64,000 bases of DNA from Chrysomallon squamiferum (Eukaryota > Animalia > Mollusca), in NCBI GenBank assembly GCA_012295275.1, contig CM022672.1:22010001-22074000 (forward strand), given 5' to 3'. A model generated the notes under the pieces. That model saw only the letters and a program-made list of their open reading frames with translations, had not been told where the DNA came from and did no database searches. Position 1 is the stretch's first letter. Each line of letters begins with the position of its first letter. Positions 12,830-24,460 of this stretch are shown piece by piece. The position numbers were made by a program, and so were the translations under genes.

Positions 12830-14087
12830 TAAATTTCTAAATGTTTTTCCTTCTTTTTTTTTCTACATTTTATTTCTATAATTTCTATTTCTGTTTGACT
12901 AATAATTCTGAACCTTAGAAATTAATGTCCATATACAACACCCAGTTTTTAAATTAATTAATATAACATTAATCTACTATAACGTTCATGCTTTTTACAC
13001 AGGAAAAACTAATGTATGTACTTAAATGAAGTTGTACGTATGTATACATAGTATATTTGACAAATATGCATGTATAAGAAACTACTTATAAAAGCAGTTA
13101 AAGATTTACTACAATATTTATTTCAGGGAGATTTTGTGTCAACTTAATGGGGTTTTTTTTTTTTTTTTTTTTTCCTTTTATCTTTTATCATGACATTTAA
13201 GACTAAACCAGGTTAATCTAGTTTTATTCCTTTCAAAACCAAGTGGTCATGGCATAATGATAAAAACTTAGCTTTTCCTGTGTAAATAAATTTTTATTTT
13301 TAATCATCTACATTCTTTATACATCCTATAAATGATATTTAATAAAATTTATTAATTTTTCAGAACTGTTTTGAAATAAAACATATTTACATTTAAAATC
13401 AAAGTAGAAATTTGTGAATATTTTTTTTTTTATTATTACCAACTTCAAAGTAAATATTTTTCAGTGAACTTTTTGCATCCATTATTCAGCTTGTAATAAC
13501 TGTTCTATTAAAATTTATGTCAAAATGTTATCTTTAAAAGAAATTTATCAATGTTGTGATTGTTAGATTTAATATGAAAGTCATGTTAAATTTAATATAG
13601 TTTGTTAGGTTTAACATACTGTATATGCATCATATTAGAATAATCATGAATTCATTTTTTTCATGACCATAATAAATAAAAAAATAAAAAATAAGAAAAT
13701 AATAATCAGCTTTTTTCTTTAATCATTAATAAAAATTAAACTTTTTTTTCACCTGAAATAAATGATGAAATAATAATGTGCACAATAGACATTTTATATT
13801 CACATGACTTAATTTGAACTATTGAATTTAACATGGACAGATGTAATTTAAATTTTTTTTTTTTTTTTTTTTTTTGTCAGATAATTTTATTAATAATCTA
13901 ATCTGAGGTAGGTCAGATCACTGGAACAGTTCTTGATATTTATATTTTATTATTTCCTGTTCCAATTAAAAAAAAACCACCATATAACTGACTGACCAAA
14001 ACCTTTGGTATGCTTTTTTGTTTTCTTTTTGTTATTATTAATATTATTATTAATATCATTATTATTAATATTACTATTATTATTAAT

Positions 14088-14128
<41 letters not shown>

Positions 14129-14136
14129 TATCATCA

Positions 14137-14186
<50 letters not shown>

Positions 14187-14465
14187 GCTGTTCTGCTTTC
14201 TATAATAGTGTGCACAAAAAAAATCTGTAGCAGTTAACTGAAATATAAAATTTATTTTTCTCTTACATACAAACATTTTTTTTTAGTAATCAAATATTTT
14301 CATTCATTTATTAATTAAAGTTAAAGACAGCATGAAATAGCTTAGTTCAGTTGGGTTTGATTTTATTTTTTATAAACATGTTATTATAATAAATTGTTAA
14401 CTTAATATTAAGTGCAGTGCCATTGTACTTTATAACAAATATTTAAAAAAAGAAATACACTGATG

Positions 14466-14527
<62 letters not shown>

Positions 14528-14737
14528 GTAATTATAATACTATTAATAAAAATAATAATAAAGATATTATGAAGGATTAAAAATCCCATCACCAAACCAT
14601 GCTTGACTTAGTTACCATTTCCAAAATCATCAACCTAATATATTCATGCATAGCAAGCAAGTTATTTGTTAATTTTGTTAAACCATGAAAACTATAAATT
14701 TATATTAAAAAAAAAAATACATATTCTATAATGTTAC

Positions 14738-14761
14738 CTCCATGCTTAGCCTTCGTTTTTG
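14738..14761 (-). CDS. Cav2: Candidate 24-nt cassette microexon in II-III linker (AKTKAKHG)
   Basis: ttactttcag|CAAAAACGAAGGCTAAGCATGGAG|gtaaca; symmetric and stop-free in phase 1; CT-rich tract upstream. Confidence 0.65.
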
Positions 14762-16027
14762 CTGAAAGTAACAAATGTTTTGAGAGAGAGAAAGAGAGAA
14801 AAAAATTATTTAAAATTTTTCTATAAGTTTTATTTTATAGCACAGGATTTTTTTTAAGGGAAAATAAAATAAATATTTGGTGTTAAAAAAAAAAAATAAT
14901 ATTTAAAATGTAATGATAAACAAATAAAATCTTTAGAAAATATATTATGTTGCCAGCCATTAAAAAAAAAAAATTTTAACTTTAAGTTTAATGGAATCAG
15001 ATTACTTTATTAGTAAACACTGATATTGTAATTAATTACTTGTAAATGCATTACTTATAATTAATTGAATGAATTACATTTCAGACCTTTCAATTTATTA
15101 TTTTTAATCTTGATTTTTTGGTATTTTTTTAGTTTTATTTATTTAATTTAACAAATTAAGTTAATAGTTTTAACTATTTTTCCTTTTGTGGACTCAAAAA
15201 AAAATAAAGAGAAGATTTCAGATGCTTTAATTATAAAAAAGTTACTTTTGTTAATTATTATTATTATTTTACAAACACACACACAATCAATCACACACAC
15301 ACAGTGGAATTACATCAATATTATTCTGATTCTGGTCTGGTAGTTTGAATTGTAATCCTAATATTTATTTAATGATTTTCATTAAATGAAAACACCACCG
15401 ATAAAAACATCATGTAAATATTTAATCATTACACTGAATTCTAAAGTCTTTCTGAAAAAAGTGAAAAAAAAAAAAAAAAAAAATGAACAAATGTGGCAAT
15501 TTTACAAATTCTATTTAAAAAAAAATAATACATAAGAAAAAAATGAACAAATCTGCAGAATGCAAAAAAGAAAAGAAAATCAATGTTAAATGAAAAGTAA
15601 CAGAAAAAGTACTATTTCGTGATTTTCTTTTATTCCATGTTTCTTTTTTTGCTTTATTCCATTTCTTTTTTCTTACTTAGATGGACAAAAATATGGAAAA
15701 GAAACTAACAATACTTATAATAAAAGATCAGCTTTATTTTTTTTATTTTAATTTTAATTTTTTTTTATATCAATACTGTTGGCACTTTTTTTAATCAGAA
15801 CCATTTTTAACTTTAAAAAAATGATATTCTCATTACATTAAATTTTATTTTATTTTCATTCAGTTATTACTTTCTAAATATAATAATAAATTTCTTCTTA
15901 TAAAACCCATGAGATCATCATCGTTATTAATAATTATAAAACAAAACAAAATTAAAACAATTACTACAGCATGATTATTAGCATTAATAACGACAAAATA
16001 AAAACAAAACAACAAACAATTATTACA

Positions 16028-16062
<35 letters not shown>

Positions 16063-16065
<3 letters not shown>

Positions 16066-16193
16066 TATCATCATCATCATCGAGATTGTTGGTGTGTTTG
16101 TTCTCTATGTCCATGATTACATGTTTGTCTCGGTTGTCTTTGAGGTTGTTTTGACTCAGATTAATATCTCGACTGCTGCTACTGAAATTAATG
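16063..16193 (-). CDS. Cav2: Cav2 exon, II-III linker (INFSSSSRDINLSQNNLKDNRDKHVIMDIENKHTNNLDDDDDN), about 131 nt; exact acceptor ambiguous
   Basis: Strong pyrimidine tract ending ctccag; G|GTAATA donor; phase 2 to 1, which is required to join the flanking exons. Confidence 0.8.
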
Positions 16194-16227
16194 CTGGAGT
16201 TGAACAAGGGAGCAAAAAGTCACGATG

Positions 16228-16895
16228 TATGAAGATGCAGTAGATACAGAAACACAGAGAACACAGCAATGACAAAATGTATAACAACAAATTTAATAAT
16301 ACATTTTTTTTTTTTTTTAAATTAAAAAATTTTTCTGAAGATGAAATAGATACAGAGAATCAGATAATGTAGTGATGACAAAATGTTTATCAATAAATTT
16401 AATAATAAATTGTTATTTTTTTAAAATTTAAATATTTTTGAAGATGAAACAGATACAGAGAAACAGAATTACATTTAATTATAAATTTTTTTTTTAAATT
16501 TAAAACATTTTTGAACAAATGAAACAGCTACTGAGAAACTGAGAATACAGCAATGAGACAATGTATAACAATGTATTTCATTTAAAATATATTTGAAGAT
16601 GAAACAGAGAGAAACAGAAAATACAGTAATGACAAAATGTTTAATAATAAATTTAATTATAGAATTTAAATAAAAAATTAAAGTATTTTTGATGATGCAA
16701 CAGATTGAGTGAAACAGAAAATGAAATGATGACAAAATATTTAACAGTAGCAAATGTTTTGCAACAGATAGAGAGAAGCAGAGAATATAATGATGACAAA
16801 ATGTTTAACAGCAAATTTCATATTTTCTACACATTTTTAAAAATTATTTTTATAAAGAAATAGAGAATACAGCAATGACAAAATAAACAATAAAT
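16228..16895. repeat. Degenerate tandem repeat (GAAGATGAAACAGATACAGAGAA...ATGACAAAATGTTTAA), unit roughly 60-105 bp
   Basis: About 8 diverged copies visible. Confidence 0.75.
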
Positions 16896-17302
16896 TTAAA
16901 TAAAAAAAAAAATCTTTTCACTCATCTTTATTTAAAACATTTTATTATTATTAATGATTTGCATACTCCAAATTTAGCATTCAAAAAAATTATAATCATT
17001 TAATTAAACAGAATTTTTTTTTTTCCCATGGATTACTTTTTATTTGATTTATTTTTCAGAGTTCCCAAAAACAAATTACTTATGAGATTAGATACTATTT
17101 ACTAATTCCATTTTTATATGATTAAAAAAATTCCATTTTTTTTCAGTATTAAAAGAATTATAAATAAATAAATAAATCAATTTTTAAAATAGCAAAAATA
17201 ACCAAGAAACAAAATACCATTCTAATATTGATTTCAAGAGATAATTTTCAAATAAAATAACAAACAAAAAGAAAGAGCAAAAAAATAAAAAAATAAACTT
17301 AC

Positions 17303-17448
17303 TAATTAAAATTCCCAGTTTTGCAGTCTTCGTTATTCTGTGGTGAAGGAGGACAGATGTTTACCAGAGGGGGTCCAGCATTGGGTGCATTCAGAGAAAA
17401 CTCCAGACTTGCAGCATTGTCTTTTATTTCCTGTTCACGTCGCTGCTG
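17303..17448 (-). CDS. Cav2: Cav2 exon, II-III linker (QQRREQEIKDNAASLEFSLNAPNAGPPLVNICPPSPQNNEDCKTGNFN), 146 nt
   Basis: TAGCAGCAG tandem acceptor, GTAAGT donor, phase 0 to 2, open frame. Confidence 0.88.
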
Positions 17449-18033
17449 CTAGATTCAAAATTACAAATATTTCTCGTTAGTCCTGAGAGCTTACAATCTA
17501 GACTTATAGAATCAAATGAGTAGACATGTAAACTCTGTTTTGTAATGATTGAACAGGTTTTTATATGGACAGATAGATGGAAGGATAGATGGACTGAAGG
17601 TTGGATTAACAAACTGATGATCAGACAGACAGATTGCCTCGACAAATTTTGAAATCTAATTTAGACTGTTAAGTAGTTAGGAGGATGGACGGTTGGATGG
17701 AATGACATACTGATAAATAGACATACATAGTTTTTGTAGATTTTAAAATAGATTTAGATAAATGGACAGGCAAATGGTAGGTGAATGCATGGTTGGATGG
17801 ATGGATGGTTAGATAAGATGGATAAGATCAGATACCTAAGATTGCCACATACTTATAGACAGGAAGGCTGATATTGATAATGTGTTAGACAATCAAACAG
17901 TCAAACAGACAGACAGAAAAAGACACAGATAGACAGAAAGTAGAAAGGAATAGGACTTAGCTGTTTGGAAGATCAGACTGACACAGAACAAAATTATAAA
18001 AATGCATTGCGTAAATATGTAATATAAATATAC

Positions 18034-18134
18034 CGCTTCTTCTTCTGCTGCTTGTTCCTCCTCTGCAGCAGTGAGCTCCTGAGCATTTGCAAGGTTGTCT
18101 ACAGCAATGGCCAAGAATACATTCAGCAAGGTAT
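18034..18134 (-). CDS. Cav2: Cav2 exon, end of IIS6/start of II-III linker ([34 protein letters not shown]), 101 nt
   Basis: U12 acceptor, GTATAT donor, phase 1 to 0. Confidence 0.93.
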
Positions 18135-18638
18135 CTTAGTATGTTAAGGATTATTACTTTAGTAATACATTGCTGGACATTAATTCATTATATTGGCATT
18201 AGTTTAAAAGTCAGAAAAGGTTCATAGTCTAATAACATATTCATTTAAATATACGTATATATAAATATATAGGGCAAGATATGATGGCTAGATACATTTT
18301 TTGGTACAGAAACATATTTATTTCAATAAATTTACTTAAATTTAATAAAAGTTGATAGATTAAAATGGAACTTTGCTTTGATTTCCTCAGGTTATTATAC
18401 ATTAGTGTGTAGTTGTTGCTTTTTTTTTTTTTTTTTTCTCATTTGTTTTTGTATTACTATTTTATTATCATTATTACTCTTTTAAAATTACTGTTTTTAA
18501 TATAGAGTCTGTGAATATTGTTTTGCTGTCATACTTTATTATTGACAAAGATTACTTTTAAACAACTGTTAACAAGACAGTGATATCTTCTTCTGTAGAG
18601 AAGTTAACAATGAATCAGAATGTGTGTGGAAAGGATAC
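18135..18638 (-). other. U12-type (minor spliceosome) GT-AG intron, 504 nt
   Basis: 5'ss GTATCCTTT at 18638; branch TCCTTAAC at 18150-18143, 8 nt before the exon; no polypyrimidine tract. Confidence 0.93.
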
Positions 18639-18756
18639 AGTTACCAAATAGCACCAGGACTATGAAGTAGAGACAGAATATCATGCCTCTCTCTGTGCCA
18701 CCATGAGCTTTAATTCCATTGTACATGACTTCATTCCAGTCTTCTCCTGTCAGTAT
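18639..18756 (-). CDS. Cav2: Cav2 exon, domain II pore/IIS6 ([39 protein letters not shown]), 118 nt
   Basis: ttttcag acceptor; U12-type donor GTATCCTTT; filter TGEDW; phase 0 to 1. Confidence 0.95.
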
Positions 18757-19262
18757 CTGAAAACAATAACAATATTTTATTGTCACATTCTTTTAAAACA
18801 AACTACTTTATGTTGAACAAATACATTTATTCTGGTTATATGTTAATCAAAAATTACAATATCATTAAGTAATGAAGCATTTTTTTTCTTTTTTAATATC
18901 TGGAAGATAAAATATATTATAGATTTTTTTAATTTAAAGTTCATTATCTTTTTGTACATATCTGGATGTGTGTGTATGTATAGTATGTGTTCATGCATCT
19001 CTGTCTGTGTGTGTGTATGAATGTGTTTGTGGGGTATACAAGAAGATGTATGGCTGGATACATGTTATAAATTTTAATGGTATATATGCTCTATATTTAG
19101 ATTGCTGATATAATATACATACATGTAGAAACATGATGGCACCTATGGTTCTTATATTCCTTGTCTTAATTTTTTTATTATTATTATTTACTATTTATCT
19201 AGTCCTTCTTATATTGTTTTAAATTTAAATAATAAAAATATTATTAAATATAAGTGACAAAC

Positions 19263-19335
19263 CTGAAATACTGTCAGAAGTGCTATTGGAAATGTGTCAA
19301 AATGACTTGGAGGTCGACCTTCTGGAAAGTTCATT
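19263..19335 (-). CDS. Cav2: Cav2 exon, domain II pre-pore ([24 protein letters not shown]), 73 nt
   Basis: tttcag acceptor, CAG|GTTTG donor, phase 2 to 0. Confidence 0.94.
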
Positions 19336-19717
19336 CTGAAACAAAGACATTATGATAAATCTCTTTGTCTTAGCCTACATCACAACAAAGAAGTTTTATT
19401 AATATTATTTCTTGTATGTAAATAGTTTAGGACCAGTTTAAATGAAGTTACTAATTATTCCTAATTATACCTTAGACATACATGAGATTTCACATAATAT
19501 ATATTTTAATTAAGTGATAAAGGTGTACAATAGAATATACTGACACACTGATTGTCTGAAATCTTCTTTTAGAACTGATAAAATAAATATTTGGTATTTG
19601 AAGTTTATTATTTAATTTTACTAGTAAACTGTATATTTTTTTCACAAATGTTTTAATTTTTAACTTTTATAATAACCACATTACACATTATATAAAGTTG
19701 TTTAATAAATAACTTAC

Positions 19718-19849
19718 TCTCCTCCAAACAACTGCATTCCAAGTAAGGCAAAGATGAGTATGAAGAGAAAGAGGAGAAACAAGAGACTAACAATAGATCT
19801 CATACTGCTAAGTAACGAGATGACCAAGTTACGTAGAGATGACCAGTAT
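19718..19849 (-). CDS. Cav2: Cav2 exon, IIS5 ([43 protein letters not shown]), 132 nt
   Basis: ttttcag acceptor, GTAAGT donor, phase 2 to 2. Confidence 0.95.
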
Positions 19850-20373
19850 CTGAAAACAAATAAATAAATAAATAAATAAATACAGCTGTCTTTTAAAATT
19901 CATCAGCAAACAATCATATATATATATATTATTATTATATTATTAATTTTGTGTTCGTTTGTTTTCGTCAAAACAAAGAAAACAAAATACCATGAAATGA
20001 ATATTTTCATAAACAATAGTTATTATTTTAGATGAGTCATGGGCAGGTGCATCATGCTGAATTTCACAAGGAGAATAATGTTTATTAGTAGTGTGACCTG
20101 CCTGATCATGTCTCATACAGCCCTCCTCTCCATTGCCCATGCCTGCCTTGCATTAATACTTTTATAATTACTAGTATTATCTCAGATTTATAAATACAAG
20201 AATTATCATAGATTAATATATTTTGAAATACTACTAGTATTTTATTGCAGATTAATAAATACTAGCCTAATCACAAATTAATACTAGTATTACCTTAATA
20301 CTTTTATTCCAAAATTATTATTATTTTTGTTTTAAATGTAGGATTATCATAGATTAATATTTCTGTCCATTAC

Positions 20374-20483
20374 CTGGTTACTTTGAATATTCTAAGAAGT
20401 CTGAGAGCTCTAAGAACACTGATACCAAATGACCCTTCCTTGAACTCTGACCAGATGACCTCAATGATGCTGCCAATAACAAC
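20374..20483 (-). CDS. Cav2: Cav2 exon, IIS3-S4 ([37 protein letters not shown]), 110 nt
   Basis: ttgtag acceptor, GTAATG donor, phase 0 to 2; IIS4 motif. Confidence 0.95.
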
Positions 20484-20667
20484 CTACAAAAAAAAAAAAT
20501 AATTTAACTTTAAATACTAACCAGCTACTTGAAATGTGTTTAAGATTTAAAAAAAAAAAAAAAAAAAAAACTTTAAAGTATTAATTTTTATATAATTATT
20601 GAAAATAAACTTATAAGATTCTGAAATCAACTGATGACAGAATTGGATAAGCACTGTGGGATATGGA

Positions 20668-20702
<35 letters not shown>

Positions 20703-20828
20703 TTTTTGGATGCATAAAGTAAATATTTTAAAACATATAAGTGTTCGTTTGAGCTTCAACAAGCTTCAGGATGATAGAAAAGGTAGTAAAGAGAATATAT
20801 ATTTTTAAAATCCCAAATTAAAGACTCT

Positions 20829-20859
<31 letters not shown>

Positions 20860-20946
20860 GAAACCTTTGTGAAGTATATAGATGGATTGATTATCTGTAT
20901 GATTTTTATTAATTTATTATTCAAAGAAAAGAGAAAAAATATTCAC

Positions 20947-21059
20947 CACACAATCAAAGACATTGAATGAAGACTTGAAATACATGCGTGCTCCTACTCC
21001 ATACATTTTGATGAACATTTCAAATATGAACAGTCCTAGAAAAACATACTCCATGTAAT
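20947..21059 (-). CDS. Cav2: Cav2 exon, IIS2-S3 ([38 protein letters not shown]), 113 nt
   Basis: ttacag acceptor, GTGAAT donor, phase 1 to 0. Confidence 0.94.
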
Positions 21060-21538
21060 CTGTAAAATAAAAAGTTGTTTTGTTTAGTCTGTTGGTATAT
21101 ATTAAAGAACAAGTCACTGTATGGCTGATTAACATATGGATGTTTTTGTATTGATAATGCACAGAAAGATAGATCGACTGATGGATGTATGGTTGTCTGT
21201 ATGATATATTTTGTAATTACACATTTTGTATTAGTTCATATTAAATGATAAATCATTTAGTTTATATAAATGTAACATTATCTTTTGTATCAAATTAAAA
21301 CTAATCAATAAAAAGTTATATAAAATATCCTTTAAAGATGGAGGGGCATTTATAATACACATAAATATAAGAAGAAAAAAAAACAAGTACAAAACCTAAC
21401 AAAGCAAAAACTAAAATGAAATGTAAAGGAAGATTGTTATTTTGTGTAAAAAGTATTTGATTTTGGCATCAACATTAATTTCAACAGTGTTTTTTTTTTA
21501 TTTACACACAAAAATCTTCTGTGTGGTTTTTAACTTAC

Positions 21539-21666
21539 ACAAGAAATCTGTGTGCCACTTTGGTTGTCCATAATGTTCAGAAGCAACACAGGCTGTATTT
21601 AGAAACACTAAAACTATGACTATCCAGTAGAAAAACTGACTCTTCACCAATCTCCTGACAGAAAAC
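21539..21666 (-). CDS. Cav2: Cav2 exon, IIS1 ([42 protein letters not shown]), 128 nt
   Basis: ttgcag acceptor, GTAAGT donor, phase 2 to 1. Confidence 0.95.
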
Positions 21667-21897
21667 CTGCAACAAATTAATAAATAATCTTTTAATACAA
21701 AAAATATACCAGAAAAAAAACAATACATTGGTTTGTGTGTGTGTGTCAGTGTAATTTGTTTTTTGGATGGAGTTTTTCTTTCTGTGTGTGTATTTGTCTT
21801 AAGATCTGTATGTATAGCTATATTTATATTTTACACTATTTAGACACATGTAAATAATTCTGTGATTAAATCCAAGAAAATTCCCATAAGAGCAAAC

Positions 21898-21979
21898 CTG
21901 AAGTTTTTCTCAGCTCGCCAGAAAGCTCCACATCTGCCTTGATATTTTCTGTTCTTGAGACTTCTAGCAAATGGTGGTC
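21898..21979 (-). CDS. Cav2: Cav2 exon, distal I-II linker (GPPFARSLKNRKYQGRCGAFWRAEKNFR), 82 nt
   Basis: ctttcag acceptor, AG|GTTTGC donor, phase 1 to 2; FWRAEK motif. Confidence 0.9.
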
Positions 21980-22751
21980 CTGAAAGAATAATATTTTAAA
22001 TAAATAATAGTCACTGAAAGTGATATATGGATGCATTTATACACATACACAAACATGGATACATATAGCATATCCAAACTAAAAAAAAAAAGCACGAAAT
22101 AAAAATTCAGTTCTGATACTGTGAGTGCACATGAATGTGTATGCATACACACACACACACATGAAGACATATATACAGATTACAAACTAATTATTGTGAA
22201 TATTACATAATTTCTGTAAAACTTAGTTTTTAGATAAGCCATATATATTTAATATTATTTTTATATTTAGTTACTTTTTCATTAATTTGTCTTTTTTCTT
22301 TTCTTTTTTCTTATCTTTTATTTATTTATTTATTTTTGTTTGTCTTTGTATTTAAATATGTTTTGCTTTTTGTTTTTTAATAATTTAAAAAAAAAATTGT
22401 GTAGCTTTAAAGACTACTATTCTTTTCTCAATTTTTTATTATTATGGTTTTCTATAAATATTCATTTATTCGATTTCTTTATTTTTATTTTTATTTTAAT
22501 TTTATTTTTTGATGGGGGGAATGTTGTTTCTTCGGTTTCATTCTGTGACAGAGATGACAAATGTCCTTCTTTTATAATGCCAAAAAGCCACATGAAATAC
22601 AACCCTCCAACCTCTTTAAAAAAAAAACAACACACAAACCATATCGTCTCATAATTATTACAGTCAAAATGCATTACTTTCCTCCAACATGAAAACAGAT
22701 TACATAACTACACACTGCACTTAAAACATTCATGAATTTTACTCTCAATCT

Positions 22752-22782
<31 letters not shown>

Positions 22783-23022
22783 CTCCTTTAATGTCTGTAT
22801 ATAATATCCATAAAAATTCATGACTAGAAGAAGCTATGCCATATGCATAATTCATTACAAACTACTTAAACTTGCTGTTTTCCCTAACTGCACAAGCAGC
22901 TCTAAATAGTGGCGGTTATGAATATTTCATAAGATATAATCTATCCGAGAGCTGTTGCTTGCTATCTGAACTGCTGCTGCTGCTGCTGCTGCTGTTGTAG
23001 CTGCAGTATGTATGGTTGTTAC

Positions 23023-23130
23023 CTAATGCCATTTCAGCCAGTAAGTCATCATCGATCGGTTCGGTGTTGTCATCGTCGGTGTCTTCTCCCTTCAGCTGTT
23101 TCACTTTGCGTGTTGCTGCCCTCCTACGAG
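23023..23130 (-). CDS. Cav2: Cav2 exon, I-II linker (ARRRAATRKVKQLKGEDTDDDNTEPIDDDLLAEMAL), 108 nt
   Basis: ctgcag acceptor, GTAAC donor, phase 1 to 1. Confidence 0.88.
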
Positions 23131-23895
23131 CTGCAGAGATAAAAAATGTTAACCATAGAGTACTGTGCCATTTAAATGTTAAAATATTTATATATACATA
23201 GACAAACATTGTTCAGACACATATGTGCACATAAACAAGCAAATATATTTCTATTTTAATTTCAGTGTTAGTTTTTAAAGATTATTGATATTATTTTTCT
23301 CGGCTTCTATAGTTTATAATGGGTTTTTTTATTTCTTATTTTATTTTTATTTTTATTTTTATTTTATTTTTATTTATTATTATTTTTTATTATTATTATT
23401 AAACTATTTAGGAGAAGTAAAAATACAAATTTATTATGTAAAAGAACATATCACTCTTGTGCTGAATAGTAAGAAAATATTAGTTAAGTCCTTGTCAATA
23501 AAAATAAGATTAATGTTTTATTTATTCAGTTTAACAGGTTTAATCTGTCTTTTCATCAAAAAAATTGACATAAGAATTTGTTTTTCTGATTTGATGCAAA
23601 AGTAGAAACTCATACAACTCTGTAAAATGCTATTTTAGTACATCTTGATTATAAGCATATATAAATAACTGTGTAACACACAGACAAAAGCTCACACACA
23701 TTAAACATTGAAGATGGAAACTATATTGTCTTTCCACTAAATAAATTAATTTTCAATGAACTGCCTAGTTACACAAACATCAGTAGCAGAAGAAACATGA
23801 TAAATGGAGAAACAAGTAGACTGTTCACTTAACATTGTGTCTGTGTATCTGCATGCATATATAATGTAATTATAATGTATCATTTTTTATACACA

Positions 23896-23962
<67 letters not shown>

Positions 23963-24419
23963 CTCTCTCTTTAACTCTCTCTCTGTCTCTCTCTCTCTCT
24001 CTATCCACCCTTTCTCAACCTCTCGCTCTGTCTTTCTCAGTACCTAAAACACCAGCACATTAATTATCAGGGTCAAGGTCACAGGAACCACTTCTCTGAG
24101 CAAACAGAAGAACATTAACTTGAATCAATACTGGAAAAATCAAGGCAGTGATAAATCAGCCTTAGTGAGCTGGGGATATTGTCAAATATGAGCAGCATGA
24201 AGCCAATGTAACATATTATTACTGAAATATTATTATTATTTTATTACTGGTGTTTGATCAATTCTAGAAGTGTGTATTAGATTTTCACTTGGAAAAGGTC
24301 ACGACTGTAACAAGACTGGAATGTGGCATTGCACACCACTTACCAAATGGCTCCTTTGTATAGGGCATACTTCATTAACATAATTCAGTGGTGTATAATA
24401 GGAAATTATATTTACATAT

Positions 24420-24460
<41 letters not shown>

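Noticed and set aside
22462-22674. Minus-strand ORF between I-II linker exons
   Set aside because: Flanking exons already join in frame; no convincing splice-site pair or channel similarity.
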